64,000 nt of DNA, from positions 864,001-928,000 of the forward strand of contig CAVWPA010000003.1 in NCBI GenBank assembly GCA_963756875.1. Reading direction: 5' to 3'. Below are positions 41,273 to 51,300 of the stretch, piece by piece. Within the stretch, counting starts at the first letter, position 1, and every line of letters begins with the position of its first letter. Origin of the DNA: an uncultured Verrucomicrobiae bacterium. Its GTDB lineage: Bacteria; Verrucomicrobiota; Verrucomicrobiia; Chthoniobacterales; UBA10450. A model generated the notes under the pieces. That model was not told the origin of the DNA. It saw only the letters and a program-made list of their open reading frames with translations, and searched no databases. The position numbers and the translations under genes are program-made.

Positions 41273-42595
41273 ATGGAAATTATGAGCGCACATCCTTCTC
41301 GTTTTGCCCGTGTCACAGGCCTCGTTTCTTGCATCGTTCTCGCCCATGTTTCAGGAGCGATTGCCGCGGAACTGGTTTTGCAAAAAGTCCCGCCGCTCAC
41401 GGTCGAGCAGGTGCCGGGTTATCCGCAAAATCTCGCGCGTTATCATTTCGGCGCGCAAGTAGAAGCGTTGCCGGAAAGTAATCCGATCGCCAGCTTGCAG
41501 CTGAGCTCGAATTCGGAAGACCATAACGTTGCCGAGGCGGCATTGCTGTGCGACGACCCTACGACCGGGTATGCCCTGTCCAATGGCAAGACCACTTTGC
41601 TTATCTCGCTTTCCAAGATCGAAAACATCGACAGCGTCTCGTTCCTGAACAACGGAGCGAAAGGTCAAGTGACCATTGCGGTTTCCAGCGCAAATTTGCC
41701 TGCCAGCAGCGCGCAGTGGCGGAAGGTCGCAAAGCAAGAGCTCAGCGGTGATGTCGTGAAAGCAGAGATCGGCCCGACCGACGCAAAATACGTCAAACTC
41801 ACTTTTAATGTGAGCGCGTCTGGTCGCATTGCCAGCCTGGGCGTCTATTCGCCGCCGGCTGTTTCGGATTTCACGGCGCCACGTACACGCGAACCGATTT
41901 CAGATCAGCCGGGAAATGTTCAGCTGGTGAGTTACAACCTGACGGACGTCCATGCGAAGGCGCGAGCGCTTTACGTCAGCTCGGGTAGCGATCTGGCAAA
42001 GGCAAACAGCATGATTGATGAGCAACCGGCCACCGCTTACAGCTTTGCCGCGAGCGACGCAGCCCCAACCGCTGTAATCGATCTCGGGAAGGAAATGTCA
42101 GTGCGCCGTATTTCCGCAATTTACTCGCCGCGACAAGGCATGATGGATTTCTATGTGCTTCAAAATCTGCCGGCCGCGCAACCGGACCGGGCATCGCCAA
42201 AGTCTCTGCGCTTGAGCGCGAGCACGCTGGCCGATATGAGACCGGTCGGTTCGGTCGCAGACAACGGGACCGGCCGCGCCGCGATCGATTTCCCATCTGT
42301 TACCGGCCGTTACATTCTGGTGAAATGGACTCCAGCGACGGCGCGAGACGCTTCTTTCGCCATCGCCGAGATCGCTGCCTTTAGCGGCAGCGCCAGGCAA
42401 GGCAGCCTGACGATGGCAGCCAATTCCGTCAGCAACGCCGGTGTCGAGTCGGACGGAAAAGATGTGAAAGATTTCGGTTCAGGCAAAGACGCGAAAGAAA
42501 TGCCTGAAGAAGGCCCGGCCGAAGGTCCTCCTCCAACATTGCCCGATCCGCCTCCATTCGTGTTCGTGCCGGAGATCGTTCCGACCAGTCCCTAA
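41273..42595 (+). CDS. Exported protein with two discoidin / F5-8C-like beta-sandwich regions and a GKD-rich, Pro-rich tail
   Basis: Signal peptide. AKYVKLTF, IDLG...V..I and GRYILVKW...IAEI resemble F5/8C strands. Tail SDGKDVKDFGSGKDAKEMPEEGP...PPPF. Confidence 0.7.
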   Translation: MEIMSAHPSRFARVTGLVSCIVLAHVSGAIAAELVLQKVPPLTVEQVPGYPQNLARYHFGAQVEALPESNPIASLQLSSNSEDHNVAEAALLCDDPTTGYALSNGKTTLLISLSKIENIDSVSFLNNGAKGQVTIAVSSANLPASSAQWRKVAKQELSGDVVKAEIGPTDAKYVKLTFNVSASGRIASLGVYSPPAVSDFTAPRTREPISDQPGNVQLVSYNLTDVHAKARALYVSSGSDLAKANSMIDEQPATAYSFAASDAAPTAVIDLGKEMSVRRISAIYSPRQGMMDFYVLQNLPAAQPDRASPKSLRLSASTLADMRPVGSVADNGTGRAAIDFPSVTGRYILVKWTPATARDASFAIAEIAAFSGSARQGSLTMAANSVSNAGVESDGKDVKDFGSGKDAKEMPEEGPAEGPPPTLPDPPPFVFVPEIVPTSP

Positions 42596-42610
42596 CGAAT
42601 TACCCGTAGA

Positions 42611-42651
42611 AAAGAGCCCGTCCTTCGGAAAGACCGTTGGACGGGCTTTTG
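42611..42651. terminator. Bidirectional terminator between convergent genes
   Basis: AAAG-AGCCCGTCC ... GGACGGGCT-TTT. Confidence 0.75.
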
Positions 42652-42662
42652 CTTTCCAATGG

Positions 42663-43931
42663 CTAGAGTTCGTCGCGAATGATTTCAAAAATCTGCGTGT
42701 TGTCGATGCTTCCGTGTAGCATTTCCGTTCCGGGACCGTCGCCGAGCGCAACCACATCCTCCACGGTCTCCAGCGCCGATTTCGTGTAGAACGCCGCCGG
42801 TTCCAAATTTCCGGCTGCGGTATTTTCCGGGACTCCATTCTCACTGGGAGTTTTGGCCATGCCGTAAGAGCGCGTTCCCTTCGGCCCATTCGCCCAGGTA
42901 ATCCACGGTTGTCCGGCAGAGTTCAATCCAAGCAAAGCGAGGCCGCTATCTTTGCGAAATGGAAATCCATTGAGACTAAGGCCACCGATGGCAACGTCGC
43001 CGCAAACAATGATCGTCGATCCCGCGCCGGCGTAACTTCGCGCTACCGAGACGGCGCGGTCGAGCTCAGCCGTCTGGCTAAAAACCGTTTCCGCGTCGTT
43101 TTGCTCGGCCGCTTTTCGCATCAGACCGGCATCGACCACGAGGAGATATCCTCCAGGGTTGTATTGTAGCAGTTCGATCGCTCGCCGCACCATGTCCGAC
43201 AAACTCGGTTGATCGTTTCCCTGTTTGATTTGATTTGCAAATGCCAGGTTGCTCTGGCTGAAAACGCCGAAAAGTTTTGGACGGCGCCAGGCGGGAATCG
43301 CATCGAGTTCTGCGCGCGTCCGAACGATATCGAAACCGTTTCCGCGCAATTCCAGCAGAAGATCGCGGGCATCCTGCCTTTGCCCGTTTTTCGTTTCCGG
43401 AAGAAACTGGGCGCCGCCGCCGCCCAGCGCGATATCGATCTTTCCGCTCCCTGCCAGTTGCGCGGCGAGATTATCCTCATCGGCCGGGTCGGTGCTGTGA
43501 GCGTAAAAAGCCGCGCAGGTTGCATTGGTTAATTTCGCATTCGTTACCAGGCCGAGCGCGCGGCCATGGTCCCGCGCGAGATCCATGATGCTGGGAAGCG
43601 CCTTTTCATCGGTATCCATCGCGATCGAGCGGTTGTTCACTTTCTTGCCGGTCGCGATGGCACTGGCAGCGGCAGCTTGATCGCTCACTGCAAAATCCTT
43701 CGAATAATTGGTGATTAAGGCGACGTGGCTCATGGAGTCCAGAGCAAGACGCGCATCGGCGCCGCCTGTATAAACTCGAGTGGCCGCGAGACGTTCCGGG
43801 GCAAGCCCCTCCCCGATGAACAGAATGATCCCAAACGGCTTTTGTATGACCCAATGCTTGAAATAAAGAACGCCGAGACCGACGAACACAAAAAGACAAA
43901 AAAGTGCCAGGAGCTGGTTCCGCCACTTCAT
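42663..43931 (-). CDS. Alkaline phosphatase family protein, membrane-anchored, catalytic residues substituted
   Basis: IILFIGEG, DQAAAASAIATG.K, GLVT....NAT.AAFYAH, PSLSDM...AI..L, GY.L.VDAG, EDV, G.IDNT.IF. Confidence 0.85.
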   Translation of the reverse strand: MKWRNQLLALFCLFVFVGLGVLYFKHWVIQKPFGIILFIGEGLAPERLAATRVYTGGADARLALDSMSHVALITNYSKDFAVSDQAAAASAIATGKKVNNRSIAMDTDEKALPSIMDLARDHGRALGLVTNAKLTNATCAAFYAHSTDPADEDNLAAQLAGSGKIDIALGGGGAQFLPETKNGQRQDARDLLLELRGNGFDIVRTRAELDAIPAWRRPKLFGVFSQSNLAFANQIKQGNDQPSLSDMVRRAIELLQYNPGGYLLVVDAGLMRKAAEQNDAETVFSQTAELDRAVSVARSYAGAGSTIIVCGDVAIGGLSLNGFPFRKDSGLALLGLNSAGQPWITWANGPKGTRSYGMAKTPSENGVPENTAAGNLEPAAFYTKSALETVEDVVALGDGPGTEMLHGSIDNTQIFEIIRDEL

Positions 43932-44025
43932 CTCGGCGAGTAGAAGCCGCGCGTGACTGTTGTCAATCCCGCAACCACGGGAAAGCGCTTGTCGATTCTG
44001 ATAACTGCCGCCAGAGTGCCCACGT

Positions 44026-45585
44026 ATGGCGGGACCGGTCATGCTGATCATTCGCGACGGTTGGGGGATTAATCCCGGCGGAAAAGCAAAGCGAGACGAA
44101 AACGGAGATGCTACTCTTCTCGCGCGAACGCCGTTTCACGACCGGCTCTATCGAGATTATCCGGGCAGTAATCTCAGCGCCAGTGGGCCCGACGTCGGTT
44201 TGCCCGAAGGACAAATGGGCAATTCCGAGGTGGGCCACCTTAATTTGGGCGCGGGCAGAATCGTTTACCAGGACCTGACTCGAATTAACAAGGCGATCGT
44301 CGACGGCGAGCTGGCTCACAATCGCGTTGCACAGGAAGCATTCGCGGCGGCCCGCGGTCATCGACTCCATCTGCTCGGACTTGTTTCGGACGGCGGCGTG
44401 CACAGCCACTACTTGCACATGATCGCTCTGGCCAATGCCGCCAGTGCGGCAGGCGTTGGGCAGATTTTTGTCCACGCCTTCACTGACGGGCGCGATTCGT
44501 CCCCGACGGGTGGATCGGATTTCCTGAAAATTTGCGAAAAGCAACTTCGCGCGAGCGGTGCGAAAATCGTCACGGTCGTAGGGCGCTATTTTGCAATGGA
44601 CCGCGATCGGCGCTGGGACCGAACCAAAAAAGCCTGGGATGCCATCGTTTTTGGTCGCGGCGAGATTTGCAAATCGTCGCCGGCCGAAGCGCTGGAGCGG
44701 CAATATAAGGCCGGCAAAACCGATGAATTCATGCCTCCGCTCATTTTTGCCCATGCGAACGAGCAGCGCATCCGCGACGGTGACACTGTTCTGTTTTTTA
44801 ATTTTCGCGCTGATCGTGCCCGGCAATTGTCGCAGGCTTTTCTGCTAAAAGATTTCGACGGTTTTGATCGTGGAGCGTGGCCACGAGTTCACTTTGTCTC
44901 GCTCACGCAATACGATGTGCGCTATGCCGCGCCGTTTGTTTTTGCGCCACAGGAACTGGCAAACATTCTCGGCGAAGTGGTGAGCGGGGCCGGCAAAACA
45001 CAGTTGCGTATCGCCGAGACGGAAAAATATGCGCACGTGACCTACTTTTTTAATGGCGGAGTTGAACGCCCGTTTCCCGGCGAAGACCGCAAACTGATCC
45101 CTTCGCCAAAGGTGGCCACCTACGACTTAAAACCGGAGATGAGCGCGTTTGAGGTGACCGACGAGCTGCTGGCTAACATGGCAAATTACGACTTGATCAT
45201 CCTGAATTTTGCCAACCCGGACATGGTGGGGCACACCGGAATTGTCGAAGCGGGGATCAAAGCGGTTGAAACAGTGGACGAATGTTGTTCGCGGATCATT
45301 CCCAGACTTCTCGATCTGGGCGGCAAATGCATCGTTACGGCCGATCACGGTAACTGCGAGCAAATGCGCAATCCGGACGGTTCACCTAACACAGCGCACA
45401 CGACAAACCTGGTGCATTTCGTGTATGTCGCCCAGGGCGCGGGAGAATTTCGCTGCGAGGATGGAATTCTTGCCGATGTTGCGCCAACACTTCTGTTTCT
45501 GCTTGGAATGGAGAAACCCGGCGAAATGACCGGCCGAAATTTGCTGGTACCGGTCAATCAGACGACTTCGGCCGCGGGCACCTGA
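44026..45585 (+). CDS. gpmI: 2,3-bisphosphoglycerate-independent phosphoglycerate mutase
   Basis: DGWG, GQMGNSEVGH, SDGGVHS, NFRADR, AETEKYAHVT, DMVGHTG, TADHGN. Confidence 0.97.
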   Translation: MAGPVMLIIRDGWGINPGGKAKRDENGDATLLARTPFHDRLYRDYPGSNLSASGPDVGLPEGQMGNSEVGHLNLGAGRIVYQDLTRINKAIVDGELAHNRVAQEAFAAARGHRLHLLGLVSDGGVHSHYLHMIALANAASAAGVGQIFVHAFTDGRDSSPTGGSDFLKICEKQLRASGAKIVTVVGRYFAMDRDRRWDRTKKAWDAIVFGRGEICKSSPAEALERQYKAGKTDEFMPPLIFAHANEQRIRDGDTVLFFNFRADRARQLSQAFLLKDFDGFDRGAWPRVHFVSLTQYDVRYAAPFVFAPQELANILGEVVSGAGKTQLRIAETEKYAHVTYFFNGGVERPFPGEDRKLIPSPKVATYDLKPEMSAFEVTDELLANMANYDLIILNFANPDMVGHTGIVEAGIKAVETVDECCSRIIPRLLDLGGKCIVTADHGNCEQMRNPDGSPNTAHTTNLVHFVYVAQGAGEFRCEDGILADVAPTLLFLLGMEKPGEMTGRNLLVPVNQTTSAAGT

Positions 45586-45626
45586 TCGTCCTGTTAAAGA
45601 GCAGTCGCTTCTTTTCCCAGTCCAGA

Positions 45627-46355
45627 TTATCCAGCTTTAGCCCGGGTGGCCAGGATATCCTCAAACGTAATTTTTAACTCTTGATTTAAGAGACGCATGC
45701 CGGCAGCGGCGATTCGCTGCAAGAGGCGAAGCTGATTTTCCGGCGTTGTTTCCTGCCAGGTTGGCTTGCGCACCATGCTCAGGGCGCCGCCAGACTCGAT
45801 GAGCGCGCCCCAGCCAGCTGGAATTTCGGACTCGCGATACAACTTCCTGGGCAGGACAAGAAAGAATAAATTCGCGCATCGGTAGCGAAATAATTTCTCA
45901 AACTTCGTGCAGTCGAACAGCCGATTTTGCAATGCGGTCAGCTCGCGCGAAACGCGTGTGTAAGCGCTGTGTCTGATTGCCGCAAAGTCGTGCGAATCGA
46001 ATTCGGAAAACAAGGAATCGGGGATTCGAAGCTGCGGATAATGGATGCGCAGATTCTTTTCGAGGACCTGCCGTCTTTGGTAAACCTTTTCGAGCCGCTG
46101 GCGTGTCGCCGCGGTCGAGCCGTTGTCCCGCCGCAGGTCGACAAGGGCTTGTTTGCACTCGAAGACAGCTGTCGATCCCGTTTCGTTAGGCTTGGCCCGA
46201 TACGCGGCCAGATCGGCGCGGTACCGGCATCGGGGCAGGCTGACTTCAAGCGCGCAAGCGGAGTACCCATGCGCCTGGGCCCAGAGAAGCGCGCACCGCT
46301 TTAAATGCGCGTGGGCGGCGGTTTCCCCGCGGGGGCGAGTCAGGTCCGTGTCCAT
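45627..46355 (-). CDS. Putative PD-(D/E)XK nuclease-like protein (MmcB-like)
   Basis: EVSLP...RADLAA...VFECKQ...D, plus IPAGWGAL. Overlaps the hemB stop. Confidence 0.6.
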   Translation of the reverse strand: MDTDLTRPRGETAAHAHLKRCALLWAQAHGYSACALEVSLPRCRYRADLAAYRAKPNETGSTAVFECKQALVDLRRDNGSTAATRQRLEKVYQRRQVLEKNLRIHYPQLRIPDSLFSEFDSHDFAAIRHSAYTRVSRELTALQNRLFDCTKFEKLFRYRCANLFFLVLPRKLYRESEIPAGWGALIESGGALSMVRKPTWQETTPENQLRLLQRIAAAGMRLLNQELKITFEDILATRAKAG

Positions 46356-47353
46356 TCCGCCAGCTCGCGGGCCCAATAGGTGACAATGATATCGGCGCCG
46401 GCGCGCTTGAGTGAAGTCATGATTTCAAGAACGACCGCCCGTTCGTCGACGAGTCCTTTTTCGGCAGCGACTTTGACCATCGCGTATTCACCGCTCACGT
46501 GATAAACGGCGGTGGGTTTGCCGAAACGCTCGCGAACTCGCCATAAGATGTCCATGTACGGCAACGCCGGTTTCACCATCACGATGTCGGCCCCTTCCTC
46601 GATATCCAACGCAACTTCGCGCAAGGCTTCCTCCGCATTGGCGAAATCCATTTGATACGAACGGCGATCACCGAATTGCGGCGGGCTCTCCGCCGCCTCG
46701 CGAAACGGGCCGTAAAAAGCCGACGCGAACTTGGCCGCGTAGCTCATGATTGCGGTCTGATCGAAACCGTTCGCATCGAGCTCATCGCGAATTGCTCCAA
46801 TGCGGCCATCCATCATGTCGCTTGGCGCGACGATGTCGGCGCCTGCTTTTGCGTGGGAGAGCGCGGTTTTGGCCAATAGCTCCACCGTCTCATCGTTCAA
46901 GACATGGAAATGATCGCCGTCGACGCGGGTTACGCCGCAATGACCGTGACTCATGTACTCACACAGACAAACATCGGTGATCGTGACCAGGTCGGGACAT
47001 TTCCCCTTGATCGCCCGGAGCGCCTGTTGCACGACTCCGTTCTCGGCATAGGCGCCGGTTGCCTGCTCGTCTTTCTTTTCGGGAATTCCGAAAAGCAGGA
47101 CGGCCTGGAGTCCCAAATCGCGAGCCCGCTTCGCCTCGTCGGCAATTTCGGTGAGCGAGAATTGAGAAACGCCCGCCATGCTTGTGACCGGCCGGGATTT
47201 TTTGATGGTTTCGCTGACAAACAGCGGCAGAACAAAATCGTGCGGATCCAGGCTTGTCTCGCGAACGAGATTGCGAAGAGCGGACGAGCGCCGCAACCGG
47301 CGTGGGCGATGGACCAGCTTCCTCACGGTGGCGAGGGTACCCGTTTGGCGCAT
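46340..47353 (-). CDS. hemB: Porphobilinogen synthase
   Basis: RPRRLR, DVCLCEYMSHGHCG Zn site, APSDMMDGR, MVKP, YHVSGEY. Confidence 0.97.
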   Translation of the reverse strand: MRQTGTLATVRKLVHRPRRLRRSSALRNLVRETSLDPHDFVLPLFVSETIKKSRPVTSMAGVSQFSLTEIADEAKRARDLGLQAVLLFGIPEKKDEQATGAYAENGVVQQALRAIKGKCPDLVTITDVCLCEYMSHGHCGVTRVDGDHFHVLNDETVELLAKTALSHAKAGADIVAPSDMMDGRIGAIRDELDANGFDQTAIMSYAAKFASAFYGPFREAAESPPQFGDRRSYQMDFANAEEALREVALDIEEGADIVMVKPALPYMDILWRVRERFGKPTAVYHVSGEYAMVKVAAEKGLVDERAVVLEIMTSLKRAGADIIVTYWARELAEWTRT

Positions 47354-47447
47354 GCGTCGCAAGTACGGTTGGCGGGCGCCGGCCGTGCTTGACGGCGCGC
47401 CGCGTTCACGCTAGCGCCGTGCTTGGCAATGGCTCTCTTCTTCTATT

Positions 47448-48194
47448 ATGAATCGAGCAACTGATTACCTGTTGGTGGATATCAGCAATTCATTCACCAA
47501 ACTGGCCTTTTCCTCGAAGACAAAAATTGATGGCTCCCGACGGGTGGCGACCGCGCGGTTCGACTCGAAGTTTTGTCGCGCGTTCATCGGTCGACGAGCG
47601 ATTGCCGGGGTGATGGCGTGCTCGGTCGTACCAAAAAAGAATCGCGAGCTGGAAAAGGCGGTTGGAAGAACAGAAGTAATGTGGCTTAAGCCGGGATTGA
47701 AACTCGGAGTTGGGATCGATTATCCGCGACCTGCGTCAATCGGGCCGGATCGGCTGGCCAACGCAGCCGCTGTTGCGGCGCTTTACGGTTGCCCCGCCAT
47801 TGTTGTCGATTTCGGAACGGCGGTGACGTTCGATATCGTTTCCGCGCAGAGAAATTACATCGGCGGAGTCATTGCGCCCGGGCTCGAGGCGATGACCACC
47901 TTTCTTTATCAGCGCACCGCCTTGTTGCCGAAGCTTTCCCTGAAAGAGCCGCGTCGAGCAATCGGGAGATCGACCGTCGAAGCGATGAGGGCCGGGGCGA
48001 TTTTTGGTTATCGCGGGCTGGTGCGCGAAATCATCGCCCAGATCAAGGCTGAACGATTCCCGCGTAAGAAAGTTCATGTGGTTGCGACCGGTGGATACGC
48101 GGGTTTGATCGCTGCCCGGCTGCGCGGCGTCGATGCGGTGCATCCAAATTTGACCTTGGAAGGTCTCCGGATTGTGGCGAATCTCAATTCCTGA
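47448..48194 (+). CDS. coaX: Type III pantothenate kinase
   Basis: VDISNSFTK, IGPDRLAN, VDFGTAVTFD, GGVIAPG, ATGG, LTLEGL. Confidence 0.93.
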   Translation: MNRATDYLLVDISNSFTKLAFSSKTKIDGSRRVATARFDSKFCRAFIGRRAIAGVMACSVVPKKNRELEKAVGRTEVMWLKPGLKLGVGIDYPRPASIGPDRLANAAAVAALYGCPAIVVDFGTAVTFDIVSAQRNYIGGVIAPGLEAMTTFLYQRTALLPKLSLKEPRRAIGRSTVEAMRAGAIFGYRGLVREIIAQIKAERFPRKKVHVVATGGYAGLIAARLRGVDAVHPNLTLEGLRIVANLNS

Positions 48195-48335
48195 TGTTGG
48201 TGGTTCGCTTGGTGATTACGCCTGCGAAGAATGGGGCCTGTCCGTACGGCGTGATTCTTGCTCCAAGCCACAAAAAATAATCTCAAAAATTTAGGCTTGT
48301 CATCAGGCGGCGGCGACGGTTTTATGGTGATTCGC

Positions 48336-51300
48336 ATGAAGACTCGGAAACTGGCAGTCATCGCAATTTTGGTACTGGGTTCCTTCGCTGCGGACAACGT
48401 TGCTCCCTCGAAGGCGGAACTGGAAGCAATGTATGACAAGGCTTTTCGCGCGTTCGACGCGAGTAATTTTTCGGAGGCCCTGAAGGACCTCGACGCGATC
48501 GATGCGCGGCAGCCCGATTTGGCCGAGTCGCAAAATCTGCGCGGCGTGATCCTCATGAGGGAAGGCATCTATGACAAGGCGGAAGCGGCGTTGCGTGAGG
48601 CGCTTCGGATCGACCCGAAATTTTGGAATGCGCGTTTCAATCTGGCCGAGATTCCGTTTCTGGAAAAGAACTGGCCGGAAGCGCGAAGTCGTTTTCAGGA
48701 TCTTCTTTCCAGCAACGCATCGGAACTGCAGGGGGAAGCGACTCAGCTGATCCAATATAAAATTCTCCTGACCTATCTATTGGAGGGGAAGGAGAACATG
48801 GTCGATGCGATCCTGGCCAAGTTCGAGCTCTCTCCCGATACGCCGGCAGTTCATTATGCCAATGCCGCCATTGCCCTGCAGCGCAAAGACAACAAGGAAG
48901 CCAAGAGTTGGATGGAGGCGGCCGAGAAGAATTTCTCTCCGCAACTAAATAAGCTTTTTGCCGAATCCCTTTACGAAGTGGGTTGGCTGGAAAAACAAGC
49001 CGGCCAGGGCCGCGCGGCTCTCGAAATTTCGTCGCCGGCGGAGCGCGCCGCAAAGATGAAAGCGTTCGCCCAGTCGCGATTTGAGCAAGCGCAGCAGGCG
49101 CTGGAGCACCACGACCTGGTGGCGGCGGCCAAATTTATCGATGACGCGAACACGGCCGCTCCGAATGAAGCGCGTATTCTCAACCTGCGCGGCGAGATTT
49201 TGATGGAGCAGAAAGAGTTCGACAAAGCCGAGGCCGAATTCAAGCAAGCGTTGAAGGTGAATCCGAAATACCGGGAGGCGCAGTACAATCTCGCGCAGGT
49301 TCCGTTTAAGCAAAAAGAGTACACCAAGGCGCGCGAACGTTTTGAGGCGCTGTTCACCAAGACCCCCGGAGGTGAAAAAAATCAGGCCGCGGATCTCATC
49401 AAATTCAAGATTTACATGACCCTTTTGCTCGAGGGCAAGGAAAGCCGCGCGCAAAGGATGATGGAGCAATTTCAGTTTACCGGCGATACGCCGGCCCTGT
49501 ATTACGCGCAGGCGGCCTGGGAGTTTAAGCATAATAATCCCACCAAAGCGAATGACTGGATCGCGTCGGCCAAGAAGATTTATTCGCCGGCTCTCAACTC
49601 GATTTTTGGCGATGCCTTTTACGACCTTGGCTGGGTCCAAGGCCCCGCTTTGGCGCAAATGTCCCCGGCGCCGGCAACCGAGGCTGCCGTGGCAATGGAA
49701 TCGGCGCCGACCGAATCGAGCCCTGCAATCGAGCCGAGTCCCATTCCTGGCGCTTCCCTTGCGAAGAAGGCGTCGTCGAAAGAATCGGTGGCTGCAGTGT
49801 CACCTGTCGCCAGCCCAGTCGTCGCTGGCGGAGAAACAAGCACTTCAACAGCTGTTGCCAGCGAGGCTATGGCGGCTGGAACGCCTGTAAAGCCGGAAGA
49901 AATTCCCACCGCGCCGGTGCCGAACTTGTCGCCCGTCGTGGAAACCCCGGTTGCTGCCGAAGCCTCACCAGCTTCGTCTGCGGTTCCAACAAAGCCGGCT
50001 ATCGCTGTTGAGTCGAACCCCGCTTCTTCGCCAGCCGAGGCGGTGGCGATGGCTTCGGCCAGTCCGGCGGCGGCCACCGTGGCTGCAATTGCTTCCGCTA
50101 CGCCGGCAACGGCCCTCGCACCGCAGCGCATCGGTGAACTGGGACACTCGGCGCCGCATTCAGGATTCGGCCTGGCGTGGTTGATTGGCGGGTTGGTTCT
50201 GGCCGGCATCGCCTTATTGGCTTGGGTTTTCGTGCCAGAAATCCGCCGCCGCGGCCTCCATTTCCCAGCTTTCCGTCGCGCCGCACCGGCTACAGGCCCT
50301 GGAATCGGCGAAGTCAGTATCCCTGCTGCCGCACCGGTTCAAAAGCAGATGAAGGTAAACACTCGCCTTCCTGGCGGACCGCGTCAGGTTTCGTTACGAC
50401 TAAAGGCTTCCGAGCCTTCGCTGCGGCGTGCGGTGATTCCCTCGGCCAAGCCGAGTCGCGGGTTCGCGCCTCCTGACGAGCCGGCGGTTGAACGAAATGG
50501 CAAACCCGAAACCGAGGTCGAGGTGAAAGCATTCACGCCTCCGCCTTCGGAGCGCGTTTTTGAATCAGTTGGGCCGGTGATCGAGCAAGACGCAATGGCA
50601 TTCATGCCGGAGGCCGTCTCCGAGCCCGAGGCATTCCCGGTAGTCGAGGAGCCGCATACTGCTCCGATTGCTGAAGAAGCGCCATCGCTGGACGTCGCGG
50701 AACCGGTTTTTGCGCACGCAGCATCAATCGCCGAGCCCGAAGTGGAAAGCGAGGCTGAACCAATCGGCCAGGGGCAACCAATTCCGCAGTTGACGCCAGT
50801 AATAGGAAGTGAACCTTACACTCCTGAGATCGTTACCGAACCCGAACCACAGCCCGCTGCATTTGGCGAATTTGGCTCAATTATCGAGCCGCCGCCTTTC
50901 GAGCAGAGCGCTGTTTTCACCGAGCCATTTATTTCGCAACCAATAACACCTGCAACCATGCCCGAACCTACTCAAACACCAACTGCTCCAGTAGTTAGAA
51001 CCTCCGCTCCCGGTGGCGCGCCGCAGTCCGGCTCCATGCAAACGGCCGTGCAACTGACCTTCGCCTTCGAGATCGCATCGATGCAACTTACACCCACGTT
51101 CAAGATGGGCGCCGTGCAGTTGCGTCCTTCGTCCAAGATCGTCTCGATGCGCCTTGCGCCCTCACAGCATCCGCAACCGGCAATGAATCTTCAGGTCAAC
51201 TTCGAGATCTCGAAAATTCAACCTTCCGGCGGAGCGCTCGGCAGCATCCGGCTCACGCCTTCGCAGCAACAGCGGCCGGCCGCCGCCGGTTCGCCCTCGT

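Noticed and set aside
40318..41400. 360-aa minus-strand ORF and the 40895 upstream extension of the discoidin-like ORF
   Set aside because: Both overlap the better-supported peptidase gene. The promoter and signal peptide point to a start at 41273 or 41282.
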